A stretch of 64,000 nt of DNA from positions 1 through 64,000 of the forward strand of contig JAQGDQ010000639.1 of NCBI GenBank assembly GCA_030141605.1. Reading direction: 5' to 3'. Below the pieces are notes generated by a model that saw only the letters and a list, made by a program, of their open reading frames with translations, did no database searches and was not told the origin of the DNA. The stretch comes from Tubiluchus corallicola (Eukaryota; Animalia; Priapulida). Numbering within the stretch: the stretch's first letter is position 1; every line of letters begins with the position of its first letter. The translations under genes were made by a program, and so were the position numbers. Positions 36,471 to 50,338 of the stretch are shown here, in pieces.

Positions 36471-38197
36471 CAGACACTTCAGCCATTTAAGTAATAGACA
36501 CTTCAGCCACTTAAGTCATCACGGCGTGTGCTTGCTTTGAAGTTAAACAGCATCTGACCTGGCTAGTAAGTGGGTAGGAGACTGGTTAAAGGCAGTTTCG
36601 CCTGCAGGATGTGCTCATATGAACATAATTAAGACACTTCAGCCATTTAAGTGTCTCAGATTAAAGAGTTTTCTTGATTAATGAGATAGGTGCCGGTGTT
36701 ACCACAACAGTTTATCATTAGCAGAAGGCGCTGCCTGTGAGTGCTAAACTTGAGCTACACGCCTAATAGGTATGCAGGTGGGTAGAAAGGGAGGGAGCCA
36801 GTTATGTAGATGCATAGGTGAGTAGGTAGAGAGGTGGGTAGGTAGGTAAGTAGGTAGCTAGGTAGGTAAGTAGGTAGAGAGGTAAGTATGTATGTATGTA
36901 TGTATGTAGGTAGGTCGGTAGGTAGATAGGTAGGTAGGTAGGTAGGTAGGTAGGTAGGTAGGTAGGTAGGTAGGTAGGTAGGTAGGTAGGTAGGTAGGTA
37001 GGTAAGCAGGTAGGCAAGTTGCTTGGTTGGTAGATAGGTGGGATTGGATCGTTGGTTAGGTAGGTAAGTAGGTAGATAGGTAATTAGATAAGCAGACAGG
37101 ATTTCCGGGAAGGCGAACGGAGGTAAGTTCTAAACACTGTACCTGAATAGATGATCTAACGTTGCTAATGTTGTGCACAACGCATGCGCAAAATAGTTGG
37201 CTTTTGCGCTTCCCGTGAACTGCGCAACAGGCTGTGTAAATTCTGCTGTCCAAACAATTTCTTAGATTTTGATGAAGAACACGAGCGTTGCTATTTGATT
37301 TAATGTAATTTTTCAAGCATTTTTAGCACAGTAACAATTACTATCACTAACTATTACTAAAAGTCCAGAAGCTTGACCACGTGACACATCTAATTTTCTT
37401 TGATTAATTTTGGAACACTTTTTGAACATTTTTTGAAATTAAAACAGCATAAAAGTCTCAGAATTCGTCAAGTTAAATTGGCTTTTGAAAGTGGAGCATA
37501 AAAATGTTTTCGTTACAATAGCTTAATGATTACGTCTTCGACCCAGAAAGTCTTGCACAAATTAGTACAACAGTTGTAATAGGTAGATCATAATTAGCAT
37601 AGGTCTACTGATTAATTGCAAGTAGTGACACTAGTTCAGTTAATACAATTTTTCACAAGACAGCTTGATCACTTTTACAAACTGTTCAACAATTAATGCA
37701 GAACATGTATATGTATGTTGCTACATATATATGTTATGTTGTGTATGTTCTCTTTGGACGAGATAAATAGTCGCTGTTTAGTCGAGAAAATTATGAAACT
37801 GGTCAAGTTCAGCGCCTATATCAATTTATTTATTGATATTTGAATACCTTTTGTACGAGTATAGTTCCTGTATAAAAATTTAGCCGATTCTGATCTTATC
37901 ACAGGTAGAAACAATCACGCTTTTGCTAAACCAGGGGCACATTGCAGATTCATAGGCTTCGCATAAAGTTACTAATGGCAAAAATTCATTTTACACTTTC
38001 TGATCTAGTGACCTTGACCTTTGTCGATTTATATAAAAAAGCAATAAGTTTTCAAGTGTTGCCCATATCAGATTCTTTGCCAAGTTTGACATATCATAGC
38101 GTGTGGACAGACATACCCACACACAAATGGAAGCACGCACTCACGTACACATGTGTGCATACACACACACACATGCGCGCTCGCGCACGCAGGGACG

Positions 38198-38263
<66 letters not shown>

Positions 38264-38539
38264 TTATTATTATAAGTCTTTTATTAAACAATGAAATACA
38301 TTGTTTCCCTTCTATTTGCAGGGGTTCGTTGTTTACAAAATATAAATAACAAGATTATACATAATGCCTATTTACAATAAATTTAAAATACATACATAGA
38401 TTACACTATATTATATACAATATAACGTTTGACTCAATACCTGTTTTTCTGTGATTATAATTTAAATTACTTTATAGCAATTTTATTTTTCGTTCAAGCT
38501 CTCTAACAATATTTACATATGCCTGGCACTGGCACATTA

Positions 38540-39342
38540 ACTCATCGGAGTCAAGCGACTTGCCTTTTCAGTTCACACTTCACTTACTGCATTTTCTAAT
38601 TCTTGTAAATTAAACCAGTTATTTAGAATAAAATTTTCGTTTTGTTCCCAGTCCATAACTGATAATGAGCGTTCAATGTGATTTTTCCAGTTTTCATCAA
38701 ATTCTTTCGCGTTCAAGTGTTCCCCACTAAAAAAAGTAGTTCCGCACTAATTTTCGTAGCTCGAGTGTCTTTTGAACTTCTTCCTGCTGAGTCGAACAAG
38801 TCTTGATCGCCGTCATAGCTCTGCAGTCCAAAACGGTTTACTGTGAGCACAGATAACTTTACGTTTTAGAGCCAACATATTACTTTCGGCAATAGTTTCT
38901 CTCACCCAGTTCCACATACTAATGACGTCATTGGATAATAACAATTTATCAAAGACTACTTCGTTTGCCATCAAGCGCTCGTCTAAGTTACGTGACCATT
39001 CTGCCCAATTGCTACCCTTAATATGTCGAACACATGTTTCTTTTCTGCCAAATTTGCTTGCGACATATTAAAGCTGGATATCACAGGATAATGTCCCATT
39101 AAGGGGGCGCCACTAAACAACTCGACCTCACAGTCCACATATTGATTTAACACTATATTTGCCATTTTATCAGTTGAAATTACTAAATCGATTGTACTTG
39201 CACCAGTACCGAAGCTAAAAGTGCTCGACGATGGAGCTAAAAAAGTTACTTTGTTGTTATTTGCACAAATGAAATCTTTGAGCACTTTGCCATTTGCATT
39301 TTCTAAAGTATCCTTGAAAAGACGATCTCGTGTTTGAGTCAT
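38540..39342 (-). mobile_element. Degenerate ORF2 remnant of the same LINE (APE endonuclease C-part and linker; no RT core)
   Basis: NANGKVLKDFI...STF...STIDLVIS...GHYPV, then broken frames with KPFWTAEL and FNLQELENAV. Confidence 0.75.
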
Positions 39343-40454
39343 TGATACAACTGTGTCCTTTTCAACTCCTTCTGGTAAATTTCACTCTCTCTGCTCCTTG
39401 CCGCGTGCTTCCCCTTACAATTTGCACAAACAGTCTCTTCTGCCGTGCAATCATTAGTTCTATGTTTCGCGCTACATTTTCCACACACAACAGGATGCTT
39501 GCAAAACTTGGCCACATGGTTGTATATTTGGCAATTGAAACAACGAATGGGCTTCTGCTTGCTAGCGAACAATTCCACACTGCATAGCATCTGATCTATA
39601 GGTATACCCTTATTAATGGCTTGGTATAGGTCTTCTTGGGATTGAAAGGTGACTTTGACTAATGGCATATTTGTCCCATTTCTTTTCTTAAATCTCTCTA
39701 CCTTTACTCCTTCATACTGATTTTGTATTTCATATTCTACATCTTGGTCTGATAAATTTGGATCGCAGTCTCTGATGAGGCCTATATGCAGTTTCTTTGG
39801 CTGTCTCACCAATGTGTCCCCACCTAAAAATTCAGATTTCCATTCGCTAATCATTTTCTTTGCCGTGTCGCTGTCATTTAACTGGATCTGAATTTTACCT
39901 TTTGCAGTTTTGTATGCAACTTGAAATTTGGTTAATGGGAAGTATCTGCTGATATTACGTTTGATGTTTATACTTGTGTCCACTAGCTTTGGATCTTTAA
40001 CATTTTCTATCAACACTGTTCTTTCCGGGTCGTACAGTGTTTGGCTGCTCTTTTGGTCATAACTTGCAGACTTAGTTGATGCTGCACCCGGTTGCTTAGA
40101 TTGTATCATACCACTCTTAGCTGCTGCTGAAAACGAATTGGTTCCAACGTTACTTATCAGCACGTCTACTTTCTGATCTAAGTGTTGGATCGTATTTGAC
40201 AGAGTATTAAGTTTGTTAAAAGTGCTGCTCTTGTTAGTATCACCCTGCAACATGCAAATGATTTCGTTTATTGCCTCAGCGCCATTTGAGTTACGCAGTA
40301 ATTTTAGGGCCTGGGCTTTAATTTCAGTAAGAGTGGATGTTGAGACGGACTCCTCGCATTCTATCCCGCTAGTTTCCTCATCACCATCTGCCCAATCAGC
40401 TGACGTGTCCGAGTTTGACCCTAGAGGAGGATCAATATTTGCGACAAATCTCAC
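39339..40454 (-). mobile_element. Non-LTR retrotransposon ORF1 (gag-like, three Cys/His knuckles; I/Jockey group)
   Basis: CFNCQIYNHVAKFC, CGKCSAKHRTNDC, CANCKGKHAA preceded by an RRM-like region. Confidence 0.88.
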
Positions 40455-40825
40455 AACTCGTTCTCGTGCTTAATGGTGGCTGACTGCACCTTCCAGAAAA
40501 TGACATGATTTCACGAGCCTTTAACTGACTCGTAAATTGTGGTATTGTTCATACAGGTAAGTTTCCTGTAATGTGTGAGACAGGTAACCCTGTCACGTGA
40601 CTTGTGTTTGCCAACCGTTTAATTAGCTTAATAAGGTTTCACCATAAAATTTATACTTTCAGCGCTAATATCTCAATAAGTAAAACAATTTTCACTTAAT
40701 AAATGTCACGATCGGCTTCGCCAGACACTCATAAGTTCACACATATCTTTGAAATTCTGGTTTAAACACAAAAAATTGCGAATGTTTGAGGAGCTCAAAA
40801 CCACATGCAGTAACTGACACAATCC

Positions 40826-40864
<39 letters not shown>

Positions 40865-40938
40865 GAGAGAGAGAGAGAAAGAAAAAGTGTGAGGGAAGGA
40901 GAGAGGGGGAGATAGAGAAAGGGAGAGAGAGAGAGAGA

Positions 40939-41050
<112 letters not shown>

Positions 41051-41646
41051 CTAATAACAAGCAACAAAAATCTTACAAACGCTGCCAGCTTTATGAATCA
41101 AACACTAGGAACTACCACCTGGAAATGACGCAAAAATAATTTTCACCTACCTGTTAAAAGTAAACAAAAAACGAAAAGAAAAACAAATTTTGCATCCATA
41201 TTTAAAAAACACTATTAGCCTAGTATACTTTTGCAACAAATTACAAAATTTTCCCGATATTCACAACATGATTCAGGAAATGTTCGTTAAACTCAGACAA
41301 GAAAATGTCCGTTGCTCTATAAAGAATGACCATTGTACCCTAGCTGTGTGTGTTCTAAGAATGACAGTCGCACCTTAAAGATTGGGTCAATATGTGATAT
41401 TACTTGCCATTCGAGCCAAGCGGATCGTAATTATTAAAGCGAAACTGGACTCAAACGAAAATTCTTTCCAACGCGAATACGATATGCGCATAAAATTGCT
41501 GCAAAGTAGTATAATTTTTTAAGGCGATTTTTCTGAAACCAATTTCAGGTACCCCTTTTCTTGCCCTTTAACATACAAAGTTAACCATAAAGTGTTAGCA
41601 ACAGTGCGTGTGGGAGAGAGATCGAGAAAGAAAGAGAGAGAGAGAA

Positions 41647-41768
<122 letters not shown>

Positions 41769-42728
41769 AACAGCTACATACAAACTCAGTTAAAGTACTC
41801 AATCCAATTACTTGAAAGGAATAACCAAGTAATGCATTCATTTGATTTATTATTGATCATTATTCATTATGAGAAAGTATAAACACGAGTTAAAACGGCA
41901 CCACCATCATTTTGTGGATAATGGAAAGGTAAATAGGCAACAGTCAATCTCTGCTAACTTGCGAATAGGCATCCGTAGGAGATATCTTAAAATAAATCGA
42001 ACTGAATAAACTCTAAACAACGCATAGAGCATCTTCAATTTCTTTACTTTTGCGTACAAGAATCACAGTGTACACAAATTACAGCAGTAGATGATTACTC
42101 AGTCTGAGAGGGCTGTCAGAATCTGAAATTGTCTCTCATTTCTAACTATTACCGCGCTTGTTATCTTATTCTAACGGAATGAAAGTGCACGGGTGTTGGC
42201 TACTCCATCTGCAGTAACTGTTCACCATCATGGCGGCCGTGATTCAGGGTATTTCGCAACATTGTGCAATTCTCATGTCAGGATTTGTTTGCTTCTTTTT
42301 TTGAAGAAGAAGAAATTCACTTCCATTACACAGATAAGCATGTGTCTTTGAATTGCAGAAAAGGTACTTTCTTAGCATCTGTTCAGTTTTGTCAGTCCAG
42401 AGGACCAAGTGTGTGAGTGTGCATCTAACGGGCTCCTTATTTATTGCAGTAAAAGTAATGATGTATATAGATCAGTATTCAGTCTGATAGTTATTGCAAG
42501 CCATCAAGATTCTCTACACGAGCAGCACGACTCAATTTGCATTATTTGGAAAATAATCAATACCTTATAATTCATTAATCACACGTTTTTAACAGTTTCC
42601 CACTTGTGATGGCAAGTAACTGTCATTTGTTTGATGTCATTTGCTTGATAAAATTGTTTAAAAATGTTTTAACGATTTGATCATGCAGGTCATAGTTTTT
42701 TGTAAGTCGTGGCATCAGAACCTGCTGT

Positions 42729-42838
42729 ATGGAGTTGGAAAAATGTACAGAGTTGAGCAACCTTGTGGAAAAGCTAACCCGTTCTGGAAAGCCGAAACTG
42801 GATGAAGACACTGTGAGAAAAGTCAAAAAGATATGCAG
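42729..42838 (+). CDS. UVSSA: UVSSA coding exon 1
   Basis: MELEKCTELSNLVEKLTRSGKPKLDEDTVRKVKKICR, similar to the UVSSA N-terminus; AG then GT donor. Confidence 0.88.
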
Positions 42839-42884
42839 GTGATTCTGTTTGAATGTTTTTATAGGTTGTTTACAGGGCTGTAAC

Positions 42885-43222
42885 GATACACCTAAGTCAC
42901 GATATGACACATATCACTATACGATACATATCACGATACTAACCTTACGATACTAACCTCACTATACGACACGTATCACAATAATAACCTAACAATACGA
43001 TACACATCACGATATGATACGTATCACAATACTAACCTAACGATACGACACGTATCACGATACTAACCTCACGATATGACACGTATCCCGATACTAACTT
43101 CACGATACTAACCTCACGATACGACACGTACCACGATACGACACGTATCACGATACGACACGTATCACGATACGACACGTATTATGATACAAACCTCACG
43201 ATACGACACATATCACGATATA
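42885..43222. repeat. Short-period minisatellite (cacgatacgacacgtat / cacgatactaacct)
   Basis: Directly visible. Confidence 0.85.
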
Positions 43223-43870
43223 CAATTAGTTAACTCTTGCAGGCTTTAATAAAAAACTAGGTTAAACTGCTGATGTATTATATGTATATATTAGATTTAT
43301 CAAACAGTTTTAAAATTGGTAAGTGCTAAAATAATTCAGCAAACTATTTATGTATCAGGCCTAGTTGTTTATGTTCGTAATTGTTGACTCACAAATTTAC
43401 TCATACATGTAAGTTTCAGATGTTGTAGTACCTCTCTTGAAACATGTGAACACTTTTTCTAAATTGCTCAAACTACTTAATGCTAAGAAATAAAATGTTT
43501 CACAACCTTAATGCTTTATATGACAACACTGACATTAGAAATTTGGCAGTTAGAAATATTTTGAATTTGTTACTACGCGAAGAAGAAAATTTAAGTTATG
43601 CAGGTAACTGTAAAATACATGGTTGCGTACAATTGTTTATAACCGAATCGAGACGTTTTATATGATGATTACTGGAATTGATTAATTTATTTGTACTATA
43701 TCCTATATAGCAAAGATGCATGTTTACTGTTTGCTGATAAACCAGTTTAGTGCGCAGGCTGAATATTTAACCATTTACCATTTGTTTTTTGAATTTTTAC
43801 TCATAACCAAGTAACTTTGTAAATTTTATATATATATATGGTGGTATGGTGGTGGTAATAGTGGTAATAC

Positions 43871-43914
<44 letters not shown>

Positions 43915-44956
43915 GTATTACCACTAACAGTTGTTAAATTTACTAAGCGAGGAGTACCCGCACAGAAGTTGTAGAAACTTTCTGGTACAAACCGCTTAAT
44001 AAAATTATGTTTAAATTAAGTTTCAGATCTAACTATTATTCTCTCTCCTTAGAAGCAAAAATTACTGAGAATGGTGCACCAACATATTATCATTGTAAGT
44101 TGTACCTATTTTGCCAGCAAAATAGCAGATTGAAGCACAGCACACAAATAGTTTTAGCATCTAAATTTTTAACAAACAGAAGTTTTTTTCTTATCAGCAT
44201 TGATAATTTACTAGCAAAGGCTCCCGCAAAATATTTGCGTATAAATCCACTTATAATCAACAATGCGCGAACATCCTACATAGTCCTCATTTTTAATGCA
44301 AAGCCAGCAGCAGCAGCTTTTAATGGATGAAGTCACAACAATGGCTTTGCGTCAGCAGTTTTCTGAGCGAAAATTGTGCAAAATGGAACAATTTGAACCT
44401 CGAATCAACTCATCACAGCTGCTCAGGAAGGAAGTGTCCTAAAATGCAGCCCACATCATCCTATAGCCCTGTTCTTTCTCTTTCTAAAGAGCTATATATC
44501 TCCTTTCGAGAATCCCACGGAACACCGCTAGAACGTTTTTTCTGCAGGCTGTTTGACCGAAATTTCGACGAACGGGAGTTGGATCCGGGAAAACGCCAGT
44601 TGCGGGATGCCATGGCCCTCTCGCAAATTCTAAATACGCCTACCACACCCATCGTTGAACGGGCTATCTATCCATGGACGGCACCGACCCCGGCCCGTTC
44701 CTTTCTCCAGAAATAAGAGGTATAAGTTTTGCAAAAAACGGCCGAAGAATGGCCATTTTTGGAGGTTTTTCGTACCCAGTTTGTCCCGGTGGGCCCGATT
44801 CAAAAAAATAAACCCTAGTGGGACGACATTAGATCGAGACCTTCCGTTTGATATATAGATCGCTGCAAATGGTGCTGCTGTCGAAGCTGTAGCCTAGAAT
44901 CTTATATGTATATAATATACCAGCGAAATCAATATATATGATAATTGCATTTCTAG

Positions 44957-45070
44957 ATTGTCCAATGACTACGTAAAGCACATATGTCATGTCATCTGGA
45001 CGGAGCTGAAACATGATCACTCGGAAATCAGACTGTCAGCATTTCAACTTGTTGATGAAATTTTTAACAG
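44957..45070 (+). CDS. UVSSA: UVSSA coding exon 2
   Basis: LSNDYVKHICHVIWTELKHDHSEIRLSAFQLVDEIFNR; AG/GT, phase 2-2. Confidence 0.92.
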
Positions 45071-46234
45071 GTCGGTCTTATTTTTAAAACTTTGCACTGT
45101 GCAAATGGAAGGCAGCACACTGCCGCCTGTGTTTTTCATGCAAGGGGCGGAAGGCGGTAGACTGCCGCACAAGATCAGCGCTAAGCGCAGTCACCTAGGT
45201 CTGTTTATTTCACTGCTACTGCCATGCAAAACATTTTAAAAAAGTTTGACAGCCCTGGGATTGGGGTTGTTTCCCAACAAGTAATTCTAACCAGCCAATC
45301 AGTGTCTGAAGCCAGGTGCAGTCCAGAATACTGTACTGTATGGCATGTTCCCATGCAAAATCACTTGTAGATCGTTGACGAAACGTATGTTTAGTTGATT
45401 GTCCTGCATTCTTATAAAATGATTGCATATTATGGATTAGTATTGTGTTTTTTGTGAAAACTGGTTTCTAAAATTAATATAAGTACATGCTTATTTATGA
45501 GGGTTTGCATGTATGCGCAAGTGCATTTTTGTATACTCGTATGTGTGTGCATGTGTAGAAATAAAACTAACATTTAATATTGGTACTCAATAACGAACAA
45601 GTATTTGTTTATTTACAAGATTCTGTTTTAGTAACACACCACAAGAAGTTATTGTCAAATGTGCACACTCAATTTGTCCCAGTTAAAAAGCAATTACGTA
45701 ATGAAAGGGTTAATGTGTACGTTTCTGGTCGGATTGGAACCTGTGCTTTATTATCAGTAAGAATCTTCTAAGATTACGCATGGGACTAGTCAGAGTGATC
45801 TTCATATTTTTTCTGTGAGGTTAAATAGTTAACCAGAGATGGCTGATGTTCTACCCATAAACAGATATGTCGACTATCCATTAACTGATTGGGGTTAGTG
45901 TTGCTTTATCATCCAGCTCGCACAGTGGTCTCTAGGCTTTTTCCTTTCCCACAAATATACTAATAAAACATAGATAATTGTTAATTAATTAATTAACTAA
46001 CTAATCTATCAGTATGTTGGTTGTTAACTTATTAGAGACGTGAGAAGGTTTGCTTTAAAATGTGCGAGAGGCTTCTTTCCTCACCTTCCCTTGAAAAAGT
46101 GTTGAAGGCAATACCGTGTTTCCTCACTTATCGTGGGTGTTCCGTTCCAGGCCCAATCGGTGCCTGAATCATTGCCTCAATCAGTGACTGCAAAAGCAAA
46201 CCAGCTTCTAGTCAAATTCTGATCATTATTATCA

Positions 46235-47920
46235 TCTCTGGAGTCACACGTCGTTTGACATGACCCTCCTGATCACTTTACTCCATGCTGCCCTGTCACA
46301 CACAACCTCCCATGTCTCTGGAGTCACACGTCGTTTGACATGACCCTTCTGATCACTTTACTCCATGCTGCCCTGTCACACGCAACCTCCCATGTCTCTG
46401 GAGTCGCACTTCATCTGACATGACCGTCCTGATCACTTTACTCCATGCTGCCCTGTCACACACAACCTCCCATGTCTCTGGAGTCACACGTCGTTTGACA
46501 TGACCCTTCTGATCACTTTACTCCATGCTGCCCTGTCACACGCAACCTCCCATGTCTCTGGAGTCACACGTCGTTTGACATGACCCTTCTGATCACTTTA
46601 CTCCATGCTCCCCTGTCACCCGCAGCCTCCCATGTCTCTGGAGTCACACGTCGTTTGACATGACCCTCCTGATCACTTTACTCCATGCTGCCCTGTCACA
46701 CGCAACCTCCCATGTCTCTGGAGTCACACGTCGTTTGACATGACCCTTCTGATCACTTTACTCCATGCTCCCCTGTCACCCGCAGCCTCCCATGTCTCTG
46801 GAGTCACACGTCGTTTGACATGACCCTCCTGATCACTTTACTCCATGCTGCCCTGTCACACGCAACCTCCCATGTCTCTGGAGTCACACGTCGTTTGACA
46901 TGACCCTTCTGATCACTTTACTCCATGCTCCCCTGTCACCCGCAGCCTCCCATGTCTCTGGAGTCACACGTCGTTTGACATGACCCTTCTGATCACTTTA
47001 CTCCATGCTGCCCTGTCACACGCAACCTCCCATGTCTCTGGAGTCGCACTTCATCTGACATGACCGTCCTGATCACTTTACTCCATGCTGCCCTGTCACA
47101 CACAACCTCCCATGTCTCTGGAGTCACACGTCGTTTGACATGACCCTTCTGATCACTTTACTCCATGCTGCCCTGTCACACGCAACCTCCCATGTCTCTG
47201 GAGTCACACGTCGTTTGACATGACCCTTCTGATCACTTTACTCCATGCTCCCCTGTCACCCGCAGTCTCCCATGTCTCTGGAGTCACACGTCGTTTGACA
47301 TGACCCTTCTGATCACTTTACTCCATGCTGCCCTGTCACACGCAACCTCCCATGTCTCTGGAGTCACACGTCGTTTGACATGACCCTTCTGATCACTTTA
47401 CTCCATGCTCCCCTGTCACCCGCAGCCTCCCATGTCTCTGGAGTCACACGTCGTTTGACATGACCCTTCTGATCACTTTACTCCATGCTCCCCTGTCACC
47501 CGCAGCCTCCCATGTCTCTGGAGTCACACGTCGTTTGACATGACCCTCCTGATCACTTTACTCCATGCTGCCCTGTCACACGCAACCTCCCATGTCTCTG
47601 GAGTCACACGTCGTTTGACATGACCCTTGTGATCACTTTACTCCATGCTCCCCTGTCACCCGCAGCCTCCCATGTCTCTGGAGTCACACGTCGTTTGACA
47701 TGACCCTCCTGATCACTTTACTCCAAGCTGCCCTGTCACACGCAACCTCCGATGTCTCTGGAGTCGTACGTCGTTTGACATGACCCCCCTGATCACTTTA
47801 CTCCATGCTGCCCTGTCACACGCAACCTCCCATGTCTCTGGAGTCGCACTTCATTTAACATGACCGTCCTGATCACTTTACTCCATGCTGCCCTGTCACC
47901 TGCAACCACCCATGTCTCTG
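46235..47920. repeat. 60-bp minisatellite, about 28 highly homogeneous copies
   Basis: Unit catgtctctggagtcacacgtcgtttgacatgacccttctgatcactttactccatgctgccctgtcacacgcaacctcc region repeats with strict periodicity; unit length was judged by eye and could be 80 bp (about 21 copies). Confidence 0.9.
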
Positions 47921-47959
47921 TATCTAATGGTGTGTTGATAAGATCTTTTTTGACGAAAT

Positions 47960-48230
47960 TGACGAAAAAGTCACCAGATGTCCTCCTTGTGGTTTCTTTT
48001 CTTTCTGCACTGCTTCCTTGAAACCTAATTTAAATGGACTGTCATCTGATAGTCGTATAATATATTCTATCCATCATAATCTTCTCCTTTTCATTCTAAC
48101 TGTCCATTCTTCTGCGTTGACTTTAGTATACAGATCCTGGTTTGATATTTTCTTTGGCCATTTTATTCCTAGAACGTTTCTGTAGTTTCTTCTTTCAAAT
48201 GCATCAATTTCTGATAGATTCAGATCATGA
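47960..48230 (-). mobile_element. RTE-clade LINE 3' fragment
   Basis: LGIKWPKKISNQDLYTKV...RMKRRRL*WIEYIIRLSDDSP on the minus strand. Confidence 0.7.
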
Positions 48231-48572
48231 GAGTCACTCAAAATCGCAATCTAGAAAATCATCGTAAAGCGACACTGTTTCCATTATCACGTACAGCAAT
48301 TACGACCGCAATTCGTGACCAACTTTCGCAAATATCATAATTAATGTCATTTTAAGGTGTTTTTATAATAAGCCTAACTTAAAAGAAATTATTCTATGAG
48401 TACTAATAATTTTCCCAGACAAACTACAAGTGCGACATTATTCATTGATTAATTACTTTGTTTGTGTAATAAATTTACTGGTAAGGCTGTGACATTAAAC
48501 TAGACAGCAGTTCCATTCAACTTCTTTTTTTTTCTGCAACAGCTTGCATGATGTTGACACTTGCACTTTCAG

Positions 48573-48669
48573 ATCTCACTGCTTTCGTGAACTGGTCCTG
48601 GAAAACTTCAAGGAGTTTCTCGAACTAACTGTCGAAGCGGATTCAGAAAGCCCTCTGCCACCCCCTAAG
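48573..48669 (+). CDS. UVSSA: UVSSA coding exon 3
   Basis: SHCFRELVLENFKEFLELTVEADSESPLPPPK; AG/GTAAG. Confidence 0.93.
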
Positions 48670-48705
48670 GTAAGACAAAGAGAAATTTATGGTTTGCTAG
48701 AAGTT

Positions 48706-49250
48706 GTCTATGGCCATATCACGTTGAAAACACCTGTTCTTGTCTGATCACTGAAGTTAAGCAGTGGAAAGCCTGGTTAGTACTTGGATGGGTGACTGCC
48801 TAGGAATACCAGGTGCTGTAGGCTTGCGGGATGCCCACACTGTATCTCGACACTAGGCAGAGGAGCTGCACAAGCAGCCAACACCTAGAGGGCGGAGGAG
48901 GTCATTTGACCTAACGGCCATATGTAGAGGAGTAACCCTTCCAAATCAGGAGTGTAGCCCCGAAGGCGGACCAGTGCAGCATGCTCACTGACTCCGGCAG
49001 CTCCTACAGTCAACCTGGTGTCAAATGTATCGCTCCGCTTTCCTTTGGACTACACCACGGAGGAAGAGAGGGCGTTCCTGTTGTCTGGGCAACTCAGGAT
49101 CTCCATACACCTTGCCCAGGCGTGTGCCCTGGAGAGGCCACTCCAGTGGTTCAAGGATCTTACTGCTCAGCCACAGTCGACGCTGCAGCTCCATCAATGT
49201 CATCAATAACTGACTTTCTTGGCGCACACTCCATTGTCTTCCGAGATAGA
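48706..49250 (+). mobile_element. 5S rRNA-derived SINE (SINE3-type), copy 1
   Basis: 48706-48825 is a diverged 5S rRNA (gtctatggccatatcacgttgaaa...gaagttaagc...ttagtacttggatggg...gaataccaggtgctgtaggctt) fused to an about 430-bp body shared with copy 2. Confidence 0.88.
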
Positions 49251-50218
49251 ATGAAGCTAAAAATGGTGACGCTGCCTTGTTTTGACTTTTTAGGCATTAG
49301 CTTTTGCAAACTTTATTGTGGCTGTTTTTAAGCATTAATTTCATTGGATTAAGCATTTTGCTTACAACTGGCACTAAAGACTGAAAATAATGTGTATGCT
49401 AGGAAAGCTTACAAATATTTTTTATAGTGAATTTTTCTATTAGAAGTCGAACAATATACGTGTTCTTGCATGGCAAAATCGTCGATAAGTCAGTAGTTAA
49501 ACTTTTGCTATTCAGACATCCTGAAGCTCCATTTCATGATGATCATTTTGATACCAAGCTCATCGCTCTATGTTATTTCTAAGCTGAGATAATCCACATT
49601 GAAGTTGAGGTGCAGGCTGCGTACTAAGAAACATAACCTTGAGAAAATCTCTCTTTAAGTTAGCCATTGTTTTTTGTCTCGTTTCTGCAAAACACTTTGC
49701 AATCGCAATAATGTTGGTTGCTATATACTTTGCAAGAACATATTGAAGTTCTGCTTAAATCCAGTAGATGGCTCTTCCTGATGAGGGCTTGGCAACAGAA
49801 AAAAGCCGAAGCAAAATGACAGCTGCCAAGAGCTGCTATTGGAGTTTGAAAATATGGGAGTTTTTTACAATTGCAGTACTTGTTTTTAGCCAGAAAGGTG
49901 GAAACAGGGTTATAAAATTAGATTTTTAGTATTTTTTAAACATTTTCTTGACAATTTGATGCTAGAATATAAAAGTCCAATACTTAGTGTTCATTTTTAT
50001 AAAAAACGAAAAATTGACATTTCAACAAATTTTTGGTGTGTTTTACTTTGAAGCATCATAACATAGTTTTAACTATGCCAACTTATGGACGATTTTGGTT
50101 TGCAAAAATGCATATATTGTTTACTATATTGAAACACAAAAATCTGTAGGTAGAATTACATGAGTTGAAACATTTTTATTTTGTTCTTTGATCGAGTTTT
50201 ATTGATTTTTATTTTCAG

Positions 50219-50338
50219 GCAGCCGCCAAGACGTTGAAACACTCGGCTCTCGAGACGATACAAAAATGGAACAATAAATTTGGCGAGGCTTACAAAAAGC
50301 TCGCTTTGGGTTTCAACTATCTCAAGGAGTGTAAAAAG
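50219..50338 (+). CDS. UVSSA: UVSSA coding exon 4
   Basis: AAAKTLKHSALETIQKWNNKFGEAYKKLALGFNYLKECKK; 120 nt, phase 0-0. Confidence 0.94.

Noticed and set aside
48706-48825. Functional 5S rRNA gene
   Set aside because: Many substitutions, no oligo-T terminator, fused to a body shared with a second copy that has a TSD.
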